Source of the DNA: Oscillospiraceae bacterium
GTDB taxonomy: Bacteria > Bacillota > Clostridia > Oscillospirales > CAG-272
NCBI GenBank assembly: GCA_015065105.1
Contig: SVQZ01000002.1
Span: forward strand, 78,811 to 142,810
DNA: 64,000 nucleotides
Direction: 5' to 3'
Shown: piece after piece, positions 9,841 to 18,801 of the stretch
How positions within the stretch are numbered: position 1 is the first letter of the stretch
Layout: every line of letters starts with the position of its first letter
Made by a program: the position numbers and the translations under genes
Notes under the pieces: generated by a model
Database searches by the model: none
What the model was told of the DNA's origin: nothing
The model's input: the letters and a program-made list of their open reading frames with translations, nothing else

Positions 9841-11232
9841 TTAAATAAGTTCTCCAAAGAGAGAATAGGTCTCTGCCTCTGTTATCATAACGTTGACAAA
9901 GCTTCCGATAAGACTCTCGCCGCCCTTGAAATGTACGAGACGGTTCTTTTCGTTTCTGCCTGTCAGCATGGTCTTGTCTGTTTTGCTCCAGCCCTCTACA
10001 AGCACCTTTGTGGGCTTTTGCTCATACGTTCTGTTTCTCGTTATTGAGATCTCGTTTTGTGTGTCTAAAAGTCTTTGGAATCTTTCGCCCTTTACGTCAT
10101 CGGGAATCTGACCCTCCATTTCTGCGGCAGGTGTACCCTTGCGGGGCGAATAGATGAAAGAATAAATATTGTCAAAGCCGACAGCTTTGAGAATATCGAG
10201 AGTTTCTTCAAATTCTTCCTCTGTTTCGGTGGGGAAGCCGACGATAATATCGGTAGTGAGCCCGATATCCGGCATTTTTTCACGCATATATCCGACAAGG
10301 GAAAGGTATTTTTCTCTTGTATATTTACGGTTCATCTTATCAAGAACACGGTTGCTGCCTGCCTGCAGGGGAAGATGGAAATGCTTTGCTATCTTTTCCT
10401 CGCTTGCCATGGTATCGATGAGCTTATGGGTGGCATCCTTCGGGTGGCTTGTCATAAAGCGGATAATGAAATCCCCTTCGATAGCACATATATCCTTTAA
10501 AAGATCTGAAAAATCGTAGTCTTCATCAAGATCCTTTCCGTAGGAATTAACGTTCTGTCCGAGAAGCGTTATCTCCTTATACCCCTTTGATACAAGCTCT
10601 TTTGCTTCACGGAGAATATCCTCCTTTAAGCGGCTTCTTTCTCTTCCGCGTACATAGGGAACGATACAGTACGTACAGAAATTATTGCAGCCGTACATAA
10701 CCGAAAGCCATGCCTTAAAGGGGTTTTCACGGTGCTGAGGAAGTCCCTCGGGAATATTACCCTTGCTTTCGGGATCGAGTGCGAACTGACGTTTCTGCTT
10801 TGTGATCCTTGTATAGAGTATTTCGGGAAAACGATATACCATGGAGGTATCGAAAAGTATATCAACGTAAGGGTAACTGTGCTTTATAGCCTCGGCGCGG
10901 TGCTTCTGGGTTACCATGCATCCGCAGATGGCGATAATAAGAGACGGGTTCTTTGCTTTTAAATGTTTACACTGTCCCGTTATCGAAAGAGCCTTTTTTT
11001 CTGCGTGCTCGCGGATGGCACAGGTGTTTATTATGATAAGATCCGCTTCGTCCTTTTCATTTGTAACGCTGTAGCCCATTTCCTTTGCCATACCGATAAG
11101 TCTTTCGCTGTCCGCTTCGTTCTGCTGACAGCCGAAGGTGAGGGCATATACCTTTTTACCTTCTCCGATGAGTGAGCTTATCCTGTGCATATAGCCATAC
11201 TGCTTGTCTATTTCTTTTTTCTCAATTCTCAT
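9841..11232 (-). CDS. miaB: tRNA-i6A37 methylthiotransferase MiaB
   Basis: UPF0004 domain 'TFGCQQNEADSE', radical-SAM 'GCNNFCTYCIVP', TRAM C-terminus. Confidence 0.9.
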   Translation of the reverse strand: MRIEKKEIDKQYGYMHRISSLIGEGKKVYALTFGCQQNEADSERLIGMAKEMGYSVTNEKDEADLIIINTCAIREHAEKKALSITGQCKHLKAKNPSLIIAICGCMVTQKHRAEAIKHSYPYVDILFDTSMVYRFPEILYTRITKQKRQFALDPESKGNIPEGLPQHRENPFKAWLSVMYGCNNFCTYCIVPYVRGRERSRLKEDILREAKELVSKGYKEITLLGQNVNSYGKDLDEDYDFSDLLKDICAIEGDFIIRFMTSHPKDATHKLIDTMASEEKIAKHFHLPLQAGSNRVLDKMNRKYTREKYLSLVGYMREKMPDIGLTTDIIVGFPTETEEEFEETLDILKAVGFDNIYSFIYSPRKGTPAAEMEGQIPDDVKGERFQRLLDTQNEISITRNRTYEQKPTKVLVEGWSKTDKTMLTGRNEKNRLVHFKGGESLIGSFVNVMITEAETYSLFGELI

Positions 11233-11233
11233 A

Positions 11234-12211
11234 TTATTTCTCCGTGAACAGTTCTTTAGCTCCCTCGGTCATAAAAAGACCGTTATCGGTTACGAAAAGA
11301 GCCTCAAAATCGTATATATTGCTTTCGTAAAGCTCGAGGCTTTTTTCAAAGCCCATTACGAAAAGTGCGGTGGAGAGTGCATCTCCCAACGCACCGTCGC
11401 GGGTATATACCGCAACACTGTGTACTCCGTTATCTACCGGATACCCTGTTTTTGTGTCAAATATGTGATGGTATCTTACACCGTCTTTTTCAAAAAATCT
11501 TTCATAATCTCCCGAAACGGAAACGTAGCCTCCGTCTATTCTGAAATAGCCGATGACATCGTTTGTATCAAAAGGATCCTTGATACCTATTTCCCATTTT
11601 AAGCCGTCCGGCTTTTTTCCCCATACGCCTACGTTACCTCCGAAGGAGATCATTCCGTATTCGGTATCCTTTGCAAGAAGCTCTGCGGCTTTTTGCAGAG
11701 AATAGCCCTTGGCGACACCGCCGAGGTCTATTTTGATATCGGAGGATGCTTTTTTTAGAGTGTTTTTTTCTGTGGACAAAAGGGAATAGTCGGTTTTTTT
11801 AAGTGCAGAGGATATCTCCTCATCTGTAGGAAGATATCCGCCGTTGGTTATATCCCAGAGCTCTGTCAGATAAAGACAGGTAGGATCGTAAGCTCCGTTC
11901 GTATTCTTTGAAACGTCAAGAGCTGTTGATATAAGAGAAAAGGCATCGGGCGAAAGCTCAAGCTTGTCCTTGCTTTTATTGAAAAGAGACACTTCGCTTT
12001 CCTTTTTTGTTACAGAAAGGGAGTTTTCATAAAAATATATCAGCTCCTCAGCCTTTGATAAAAGCTCTTCGGCATTTTTTGTGTTTTGGGGAATGTTAAG
12101 AGATATCACCGTGTTCATTGCGTATATATCGCGGACGGCATAGCCCTTTTCAAAGGAGCATCCCGTTAACATGAATATAAGAGAGATAAGTATAAGTAAA
12201 AATTTACGCAT
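11234..12211 (-). CDS. apbE: FAD:protein FMN transferase (ApbE family) lipoprotein
   Basis: Lipobox 'LTGC', plus 'DPTCL', 'DLGGVAKGY', 'SVSGDYERF'. Confidence 0.85.
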   Translation of the reverse strand: MRKFLLILISLIFMLTGCSFEKGYAVRDIYAMNTVISLNIPQNTKNAEELLSKAEELIYFYENSLSVTKKESEVSLFNKSKDKLELSPDAFSLISTALDVSKNTNGAYDPTCLYLTELWDITNGGYLPTDEEISSALKKTDYSLLSTEKNTLKKASSDIKIDLGGVAKGYSLQKAAELLAKDTEYGMISFGGNVGVWGKKPDGLKWEIGIKDPFDTNDVIGYFRIDGGYVSVSGDYERFFEKDGVRYHHIFDTKTGYPVDNGVHSVAVYTRDGALGDALSTALFVMGFEKSLELYESNIYDFEALFVTDNGLFMTEGAKELFTEK

Positions 12212-12722
12212 GGTTAAATACCCTAAGCTTTGAAAGGGGAGTTATAATAGCTCCCGTGATAAGTCCGAATATGAGGGCAAATATAAGAAGTAACGGAAGA
12301 TATGAAAAAATTCCGGGGTTTTCCAATATTACTGCTGCCGCAACGCATTGCCCGAGGTTATGTAAGGATGCCGACAGCACAGAAATACCGTAAAAGCTGA
12401 AATGCTTTTTCAATATCATGGAAATAACCATACCGAAATATGCAAGAACGGCTCCCGAAAGAGAAAAGAAAAAGGAGTTTAGGTTACCGAAAAGCAGGGC
12501 GGTAAGACATATACGTGTAAAGCTGACTATTGCCGCGTCAAAAGGTGAAATTGCAAAGAAGCAGAGAGTTACCGCAACGTTTGCCAGCCCTAATTTCGCG
12601 CCGGGAAGCGTAACGATAAGAGAAAGGGGCAATATCGCCTCTATATAAGAGAGCATCATTGCAACACATAGAAGCATTGCATCAAGGGTGAGACGCTTAA
12701 CCCGCGACGAAATCATAGCCAT
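12204..12722 (-). CDS. Gx-transporter / heptaprenyl-diphosphate-synthase-component-I-like membrane protein
   Basis: 172-aa polytopic protein in the usual NusG-II / Gx transporter / ApbE gene order. Confidence 0.6.
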   Translation of the reverse strand: MAMISSRVKRLTLDAMLLCVAMMLSYIEAILPLSLIVTLPGAKLGLANVAVTLCFFAISPFDAAIVSFTRICLTALLFGNLNSFFFSLSGAVLAYFGMVISMILKKHFSFYGISVLSASLHNLGQCVAAAVILENPGIFSYLPLLLIFALIFGLITGAIITPLSKLRVFNHA

Positions 12723-13068
12723 CCTCCTTCCCCTCTATTTCAAGGATGACCCTTGCGGGAACACAGGCGATAAGCTGACCCTTTTTCGATATCCTGCCGC
12801 TGTGGACGCAGGTCTTATCGGGGCAATCGGAGCTTTTTACTCTGACAGAACCGTTTTTTACCTCAATCTTAAGAGTGTATGAGCCTGATTCTATTTCAAA
12901 TTCGTCGTCCTTATCCAAAGGATATTGAGTTTTTTGCGTTCCTACGCTTACCGAAAGTGTTCCGGCATCCTCTTTTTTAGGTGCCGAAAAGCAGAAAAAC
13001 AGGGTAAGCGCGGCAATAAAAACCAATGATATTACCACAATATCCCCGAGTTTTATTTTCTCCTTCAT
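12697..13068 (-). CDS. NusG domain II-containing membrane-anchored protein
   Basis: An N-terminal TM helix, then the beta-rich 'KTCVHSGRISKKGQLIACVPARV' motif. Confidence 0.65.
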   Translation of the reverse strand: MKEKIKLGDIVVISLVFIAALTLFFCFSAPKKEDAGTLSVSVGTQKTQYPLDKDDEFEIESGSYTLKIEVKNGSVRVKSSDCPDKTCVHSGRISKKGQLIACVPARVILEIEGKEDGYDFVAG

Positions 13069-13237
13069 AAGCGTTTCCTTTACATAAGTATAATTATATA
13101 TATTATATCAAAAAATTAAGAAAATTACAAGAGGGCAGAGGGAATAATTGTGTTGTAATTGTAAATACTCTGACAAAAAGCTGCTTGTTGAAAGAGTGTT
13201 TCTCGCTTGCGCCTGTTTGTGTTTTTTACCGTATAAA

Positions 13238-13268
13238 ACAAAAACAGCCTATCCTTTGGATAGACTGT
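13238..13268 (-). terminator. Terminator downstream of tRNA-Leu
   Basis: Hairpin CAGCCTATCC / GGATAGACTG with one mismatch. An A-run on the + strand gives a T-run on the - strand. Confidence 0.6.
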
Positions 13269-13271
13269 TTG

Positions 13272-13356
13272 TGGTGCGAGAAACGGGACTTGAACCCGTA
13301 CGGTGTGAACCACACGCCCCTCAAACGTGCGCGTCTGCCAGTTCCGCCACTCTCGC
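13272..13356 (-). tRNA. tRNA-Leu (anticodon GAG), class II with long variable arm, encoded CCA
   Basis: Reverse complement reads GCGAGAG...CACGT-TTGAGGG-GCGTG...GGTTCAAGTCCCGTTTCTCGCACCA (85 nt). Anticodon loop is TT-GAG-GG and the T-loop is GGTTCAAGTCC. Confidence 0.9.
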
Positions 13357-13388
13357 ATATCAAACACCGCTCTTGCAGTGCGGATATG

Positions 13389-13417
13389 AGTATATCACAC
13401 ATTAAAGTAAATGTCAA
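13389..13417 (-). promoter_or_regulatory. Sigma-70-type promoter for tRNA-Leu
   Basis: On the - strand: TTGACA, 17 nt, TATACT, about 30 nt upstream of the tRNA 5' end. Confidence 0.55.
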
Positions 13418-13457
13418 CCCCTTTTTTGAATTTTTTTCGATTTTTTTTGAAGAACAA

Positions 13458-13496
13458 TAAAAAGTCCGCGATATTAGCAAAATCACGGACTTTTTG
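13458..13496 (-). terminator. Bidirectional-looking terminator ending the cmr operon
   Basis: GTCCGCGAT / ATCACGGAC stem (one mismatch) flanked by an A-run and a T-run, 14 nt after the DEDDh gene stop. Confidence 0.6.
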
Positions 13497-13509
13497 TATT
13501 ATTAAAGAA

Positions 13510-14037
13510 TTAAGCACCTGAGTACTTTTTATCTTTAATTATCTTGAAAATAGCGGCAACATCATTCATTGCATCATGTGAAACAAGCTCATAGCCGGCC
13601 AACTTCATTCTGTTTGAGTTTTTTTCATGATTTTGTGCTACCAGCATACTTTCAAGGTCATAGACGGGAAAAGGAGAATAAGGTATTCTTTGATCCCGAT
13701 CAAGCATTATACACTTATAAAATATACCGCTTTCAACCGGGTATGGAACATCGGTTAAAACAGAATAATCCTTATAATATTTTAGATAAAACTCCCAAAA
13801 TGCACTAAGCAGTTCTTCTGACGAGTCAAAAAACATTTCTGCATTTTTTAAAGTGTCAAAAACATTTTCTTTTGTCCATGGATCACTTATTTCATCAATT
13901 TTGATGTTTCTTGCGCCGTAAAAAGAATCTATTTCCCTTGTTTTATAACATACCTTTACGGCAATGCTCAGTACATCACCGTAAAGACCGTCGGTTTCCG
14001 CATCGATTATAAACAATTTGTCGTTTAAATACTTCAT
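13510..14037 (-). CDS. DEDDh-type 3'-5' exonuclease (DnaQ/oligoribonuclease-like), last gene of the cmr operon
   Basis: ExoI 'FIIDAETDG' and ExoIII 'SHDAMNDV' (H-x4-D). I place the start at the ATG at 14037 (MKYLNDK...), 7 nt after the cmr6 stop. The track's GTG at 14103 would overlap cmr6 by 59 nt. Confidence 0.7.
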   Translation of the reverse strand: MKYLNDKLFIIDAETDGLYGDVLSIAVKVCYKTREIDSFYGARNIKIDEISDPWTKENVFDTLKNAEMFFDSSEELLSAFWEFYLKYYKDYSVLTDVPYPVESGIFYKCIMLDRDQRIPYSPFPVYDLESMLVAQNHEKNSNRMKLAGYELVSHDAMNDVAAIFKIIKDKKYSGA

Positions 14038-14044
14038 TTGTTTC

Positions 14045-14899
14045 TTAGTCAGCTTTTTTAGTTTCGTCTGAAAGTACCCCGAAACCAACGTTGGTTTTGG
14101 CACCTATACCGAAATCCTTCAGGATGATTTTGAAAAGCTCTTTCTTATTTTCAGCACTTATAATACCGTCATGTAAAGAAAAAGAAAACTCAAATTCTAC
14201 GTTTGGTTTAACCTTAACAAGAGTTAACGGAACGGGATTTTTCGTTTCATCCGCTCCATGAGGAGTTATTGCTTCAAGAGCTATTATTGAATTATTATCG
14301 GTAACGACAGGATAAGAATCATAAAACGTATCTCTTTGACACATCGGCAGATTCTTTTTTTGCAGTTTATTATTAACGGTTTCCTCAACGACACCTTCGA
14401 ATATTTCTTCTTCAAGCTTTTCTATATCGACATCACCGGTAAGCTTCAAATTTTCTCTTAAGACTAATGAAACATAGTCTTTGTGGGAAAATGCGCTTCT
14501 TAAAGTTCCCTTGATCGAAGATCCGGGTATATAGGGCAAACCGGTTACGTAATCAAAACTGAATCCGAGCCCGATCTCTCCCTTTCCTCCGTAACCGTGA
14601 GCATATCCTAAACCGATCAATAAACCGGGATATGCGGTTTTTAATGAGAAACGGTAGTCATCGTTTTTATAAACCGATAATTTCGGAGGCGAGATTTTTA
14701 AAAATGCCCTGTTTCTTGAAGCAAAGAAATCCGATCTCTTTTCTTCATATTTGTTGAATACTATAATTGACTTATTTGCTCTATAGTCCCAAAACGGTTT
14801 TGTAAAAGAAACGTTATCATAGTATTCAACGTTGAATGCGTAATGCAGATTTTTTGTTTCAAATCTGAATTCACTTTCTTGTGAATTATTATTTTCCAT
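14045..14899 (-). CDS. cmr6: Type III-B RAMP protein Cmr6
   Basis: 'GLPYIPGSSIKGTLRSAF' and a C-terminal G-rich loop 'GAKTNVGFGVL'. The ATG at 14899 is preceded by AAGGGAG; the track start at 14920 is a TTG. Confidence 0.8.
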   Translation of the reverse strand: MENNNSQESEFRFETKNLHYAFNVEYYDNVSFTKPFWDYRANKSIIVFNKYEEKRSDFFASRNRAFLKISPPKLSVYKNDDYRFSLKTAYPGLLIGLGYAHGYGGKGEIGLGFSFDYVTGLPYIPGSSIKGTLRSAFSHKDYVSLVLRENLKLTGDVDIEKLEEEIFEGVVEETVNNKLQKKNLPMCQRDTFYDSYPVVTDNNSIIALEAITPHGADETKNPVPLTLVKVKPNVEFEFSFSLHDGIISAENKKELFKIILKDFGIGAKTNVGFGVLSDETKKAD

Positions 14900-14912
14900 A
14901 AAATTCACTCCC

Positions 14913-15314
14913 TTAAACAATTTTATACAGATTCATAGCAAGCTTTAAAGCTATAGCCGCGTTATATATTTCTTCTTTAACTTCGGATTCATTGGGTGCT
15001 TTGTCAACATAATCGTATAATGCAGTTTGGGGGATATTGTTGAAATCGGTACCGTTCAAATTATCGTTTATAAGAACGTAGATGATCTTGATCAACGTAT
15101 CTCTGCTTTTTAAAGCGCCCTCCTGCTTAGAGTAAAAAGCAACGGCTGCCTTAAGACTGCCCATTGCTATAGCTGCACCGAAGGAGGAAATATATCCGCG
15201 AAATGTTTTACTGATCTCGGTGAGCTTGGTGTCTTCATTTAGCTTGGCGATTCCGGCATTCTTTAAAGCTTCGTATGCCTTTGGGATAAGCTCCTCTATA
15301 CGTTTTTTGTTCAC
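14913..15314 (-). CDS. cmr5: Type III-B small subunit Cmr5 (Cas11 family)
   Basis: 133-aa helical protein between cmr4 and cmr6, with 'FRGYISSFGAAIAMGSL'. The GTG start overlaps the cmr4 stop (GTGA). Confidence 0.7.
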   Translation of the reverse strand: MNKKRIEELIPKAYEALKNAGIAKLNEDTKLTEISKTFRGYISSFGAAIAMGSLKAAVAFYSKQEGALKSRDTLIKIIYVLINDNLNGTDFNNIPQTALYDYVDKAPNESEVKEEIYNAAIALKLAMNLYKIV

Positions 15315-16075
15315 TTTGTTTTCTCCTCCAATACACTAACTTCGCAAAGTCCGTAGCCTATACTTGCATTACCGCCGAATTGAATTACGTTTAACTTTTT
15401 TAAATGTTTGATAAACTTGTTAAGAAGCTTCTTGTTACTGTATGAGGTGGTTACCGTAACGTAAAAAACGCTCTGATGAGGAACGATCTCTTCATACCAA
15501 AGGTTATCGCTTTTACCGTTTTCAAGTTTGTTTCTTGCTATTACGGGAAGTGATATAGATCTATAATCGCTGTCATTCATAACAAGGAGATGGTTGATTC
15601 CGAAAACATCTTTCAGACCGTTTGTGACAGGGCAGGTAATGCCTTCAACACAGTTGTTGCCGGGGATGTTCGTTACAAGATCAGCTTTAAGACTGATGCC
15701 CGCGTTCAAGGACAACGACAGATCGTTGAATATATCAATGGCACGTTGTGTGGTTACGAGTTCGTAAGGGTTGGTACCCTTTGACGAACGCATGGGACGT
15801 GCAATGATATTTGCACTTAAAAATTTAAGCTTACCGGGAGCACCGTCTCCCTCTGCACCGAAAACGTTGTTCAAATCATCGAAGCCTGTATTTCTGAATG
15901 CTTCTCTGAATGCGCCCTTAACTCCGCTTGAATTGATGGTAGGATAACCGGTAACGGGATCTTTTTCCACACTGTTGTCAATAATATCAAAGTTTTCATC
16001 ACCGTTTCCAACGTAAAGATTTGTTAAACATCTTAATTTTAATATTTTTGTGTACATACGTGCTTTTGTGTACAT
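15311..16075 (-). CDS. cmr4: Type III-B backbone RAMP Cmr4 (Cas7 family)
   Basis: 'NLYVGNGDENFDIIDNSVEKDPVTGYPTINSSGVKGAFREAF' (acidic residue in the catalytic loop is present) and a C-terminal 'GGNASIGYG' loop. GGAGG RBS upstream. Confidence 0.85.
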   Translation of the reverse strand: MYTKARMYTKILKLRCLTNLYVGNGDENFDIIDNSVEKDPVTGYPTINSSGVKGAFREAFRNTGFDDLNNVFGAEGDGAPGKLKFLSANIIARPMRSSKGTNPYELVTTQRAIDIFNDLSLSLNAGISLKADLVTNIPGNNCVEGITCPVTNGLKDVFGINHLLVMNDSDYRSISLPVIARNKLENGKSDNLWYEEIVPHQSVFYVTVTTSYSNKKLLNKFIKHLKKLNVIQFGGNASIGYGLCEVSVLEEKTK

Positions 16076-16078
16076 ATC

Positions 16079-17089
16079 TTAGCCTCCTAATTTAACCAAT
16101 TTATTCAGTCCGTACGTATCGTTATAAAAATAATCTTCGCTTGCAACGTCAAAATAGAATACGCTGCCTGCTTTAATAACGTTATAAAGCTTCTCGCTCG
16201 GTCTTATTTTTAATTTGTTGTTTGAATCGTAGCTTGAAGAAAGGGTTCTTAAAGTACCTGTTTTAACTATCGAGTAATCGGTATATTTTATATGCTTTTT
16301 CAATAAGAGATCGGAAAAAGCATACCAGACTCCGTCACCACAGACCTCTTCAATCTCTTTTGTTATATCATAAGAATCGCAAAGGGGCTCTGCGTTTAGT
16401 TTAAAACAGGATTTTTCACGTCCCATATAACAAACGGTATCGGAGATTTTCGTATCAAGCTCGGCTGCCACAGCAAAGCAATATTCTTTTTTAAGATACA
16501 TATACAGCTTTTTGAAGTATGCCTCGTCCTTTTTATTCTTATCTATTCCCACTCTTTCGCAAGATTCGAATATATCCGAAACAATAGCTTTATCAGATAT
16601 ACGCATATAGCTTGTTTCTCCCAAGAATCTTCCGTGGCTCTTGATGTCGTAATCTTTGGGGACATGTATGCTTCCGTGAGAGGTGGATATCACGGTATCT
16701 GACATTTCAAGAGGGGAATAAAAAGAGTGTACGGCATCGTGGTTTAAAGGGGCAGGGATGTATTTTTCCCCTTTATTATCCATAATAAACAAGGGTGAAA
16801 CCGAACGTATCTTTCCTAAGCGGTTATCGGCATCAACCATATATGCCTTTTCTCCGATCAGCTCGTTTTGTTTGCTTCTGTCCTCATAAACTCTATCGGT
16901 ATTCAAGAGGTAATTTTGCTCAAGAAGAACGTATCTCAGCATACCGAGAATAGTTGTCTGCGAGGGCAGAGGAAGAGAGGATATATAATAGCTTTCACTG
17001 ATAAGGCTTGAAGCTCCCGCTATACGGAAGGTGTTTTCGCCTCCGAAAAAGTACGGCTCCAAAGGAGTAAGCTTAATGAGATATTTCAT
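16079..17089 (-). CDS. cmr3: Type III-B Cmr3 (Cas5 family)
   Basis: N-terminus 'LTPLEPYFFGGENTF', and its position between cas10 and cmr4. Confidence 0.75.
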   Translation of the reverse strand: MKYLIKLTPLEPYFFGGENTFRIAGASSLISESYYISSLPLPSQTTILGMLRYVLLEQNYLLNTDRVYEDRSKQNELIGEKAYMVDADNRLGKIRSVSPLFIMDNKGEKYIPAPLNHDAVHSFYSPLEMSDTVISTSHGSIHVPKDYDIKSHGRFLGETSYMRISDKAIVSDIFESCERVGIDKNKKDEAYFKKLYMYLKKEYCFAVAAELDTKISDTVCYMGREKSCFKLNAEPLCDSYDITKEIEEVCGDGVWYAFSDLLLKKHIKYTDYSIVKTGTLRTLSSSYDSNNKLKIRPSEKLYNVIKAGSVFYFDVASEDYFYNDTYGLNKLVKLGG

Positions 17090-17091
17090 TC

Positions 17092-18801
17092 TTATTTACC
17101 TGCCTTTTCTATGAAGAATTTCGAGAGCCTTAAGATAGATTCAAAAGCCTTTACGTAATCGCCCTTATGCTCTGTGTCTGTCAGCATTATACGTCTTCGG
17201 CAGAGGATATTTTCAAAGAAACGGGAGGATATTTCTTTAATATCTTCATCCGTTAAACTGTTTATATCCGTTGCGGCATATACCGCTTTATCAATACGCT
17301 CTTTTACGACGGTTGTACTGCTCAGGCAAATTTCATCATTGTATTTTCCGATCTCTGTTATGATGGAATCGAACACGTCATCCGCGGCTCCGAGACCTTT
17401 AATAAACGATTTGATCGAATCGGCTTTTGATAAAGCCGAAGAAAGATCGCAGAGCTGAGAATTTTTAAAATCAATGATGTTTTTCTTTATTCCGGATAAA
17501 AAGTTTTCAAACTTCTTATGGGCGGTATTATCAAATATGTTGTCCATAAGGCAGGAAAGCGTTTCATCTCCGATGACGTTGTTAAATAAGGTTTTATTCT
17601 TTTCCAGCGCGTAAATTACAGAGTGAATGCCTTTGTTTTTGTCATCAGTATTGAGTGCCGGAGCGTAATAAGAGGAAAGAATACTTTTGAAGGATCCGAA
17701 TTCATCATTGGGTATAAGAAGCTTTATACCCTGTCCGCTTCCCTTCATAAAATCTATCATCATTGCATCTTTTCCGGGTACCGATTCTTTAACTTCATAA
17801 AGTGCGTTGATACTGCTGTTAAGAGTTTCGTAAAGAGGGAATTTTTCGTATCTTATCGCAATACCAAAGGAAACGGAGGGAGAATCATTATTGTTTGCCA
17901 CGGTATTTTTAAAGATTTCGCGTATATCATGACAAAGATCGAATACGGTTTTTTCATTTCTATATACAGGGGCAATGAAAAGCAGATCGTCTCCGCCCGC
18001 ATATACCGTCATTGCGCCGAATTCTGTTATCAGATCGTGCGCCTTTTGTGCGTAATCAAAGCAATTTTTCGAAAAATCGCTGACATTTTCATCTCCGATA
18101 CTGTTTATGTAGTTACCGATTCCGTCGCCGTCCGCTTCAACTACCGCAAAGTACTCACTTCTTTTTAAGCCGTCCTTTGTACCGGCAATGCTTACGATAT
18201 CACGGAATTTTTCTTGCTCTTTATCTAACAGCCAAAGATGGGGATAGGCATTAGCAACGTAGTTCTTGACAGAATCATTTCTGAACTTCCTGCCCTTGAA
18301 TATCAGCTTGAAGGGATTGTCGTTGGTTTCGCTGATGTTAGGAGAGGGCATTTGTTCAAGAGAATCGAGGATCTTTGAGATATTTAAAAATGCAGAGCCG
18401 TTTATTTTATCTTCCGGAAGGGTCGTCCAATGAATCTGGAGATACTGCTTGAGAAATTCCACCGTATGCTTATACTCTTCGGAATCCTTTATAAGCCCGA
18501 GAGCTGTTGTAACGGTCTCTGCCATTTCATTTTCCGATTTAAGAATAATATTTTCGATATCTATAGCTGAATCGATCTTAATGATGATTCTGTCGTGATA
18601 TCTTCCGATGCCGTCTTTGTAAACGGTATTATTGAAATGGGGCGATAATATCGTTACCTCTGGATTTGAAGGGAGGTTACGGCATATTGTCTCGGTCAGT
18701 CCCGAGAACATCTTGCTGGCAAACCACATCGCCGCAGGGGAATGAGCAAGCAATAACGTGTCAAAGATAGGACCTATGGTTATACCGATATATTCAGCCA
18801 T
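17092..18801 (-). CDS. cas10: Cas10/Cmr2, short form (~569 aa) with intact GGDD palm and no evident HD domain
   Basis: 'VVEADGDGIGNYI' and 'VYAGGDDLLFIAP'. The probable start MAEYIGITIGPIF at 18801 follows the cmr1 stop closely, whereas the track start at 18921 overlaps cmr1. Only ~300 aa precede GGDD. Confidence 0.85.
   Translation of the reverse strand: MAEYIGITIGPIFDTLLLAHSPAAMWFASKMFSGLTETICRNLPSNPEVTILSPHFNNTVYKDGIGRYHDRIIIKIDSAIDIENIILKSENEMAETVTTALGLIKDSEEYKHTVEFLKQYLQIHWTTLPEDKINGSAFLNISKILDSLEQMPSPNISETNDNPFKLIFKGRKFRNDSVKNYVANAYPHLWLLDKEQEKFRDIVSIAGTKDGLKRSEYFAVVEADGDGIGNYINSIGDENVSDFSKNCFDYAQKAHDLITEFGAMTVYAGGDDLLFIAPVYRNEKTVFDLCHDIREIFKNTVANNNDSPSVSFGIAIRYEKFPLYETLNSSINALYEVKESVPGKDAMMIDFMKGSGQGIKLLIPNDEFGSFKSILSSYYAPALNTDDKNKGIHSVIYALEKNKTLFNNVIGDETLSCLMDNIFDNTAHKKFENFLSGIKKNIIDFKNSQLCDLSSALSKADSIKSFIKGLGAADDVFDSIITEIGKYNDEICLSSTTVVKERIDKAVYAATDINSLTDEDIKEISSRFFENILCRRRIMLTDTEHKGDYVKAFESILRLSKFFIEKAGK

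Noticed and set aside
13272-13356. tRNA-Leu as the integration site (attB) of the CRISPR/phage island.
   Set aside because: The island lies on the 5'/promoter side of the tRNA. No integrase is present, and I saw no duplicated tRNA 3' segment at the far border (33.8-33.9 kb).
13125-13486. Four overlapping 80-91-aa ORFs on both strands around 13.1-13.5 kb.
   Set aside because: They overlap the tRNA-Leu gene, its promoter and two terminators. None has an RBS or a recognisable motif.
14038-14103. Extended GTG start (14103) for the DEDDh exonuclease ORF.
   Set aside because: It would overlap cmr6 by 59 nt. The added 22 aa (MPKPTLVSGYFQ...) are the alternative-frame reading of the Cmr6 C-terminus. 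The ATG at 14037 places the DAETDG motif at the usual distance from the N-terminus.
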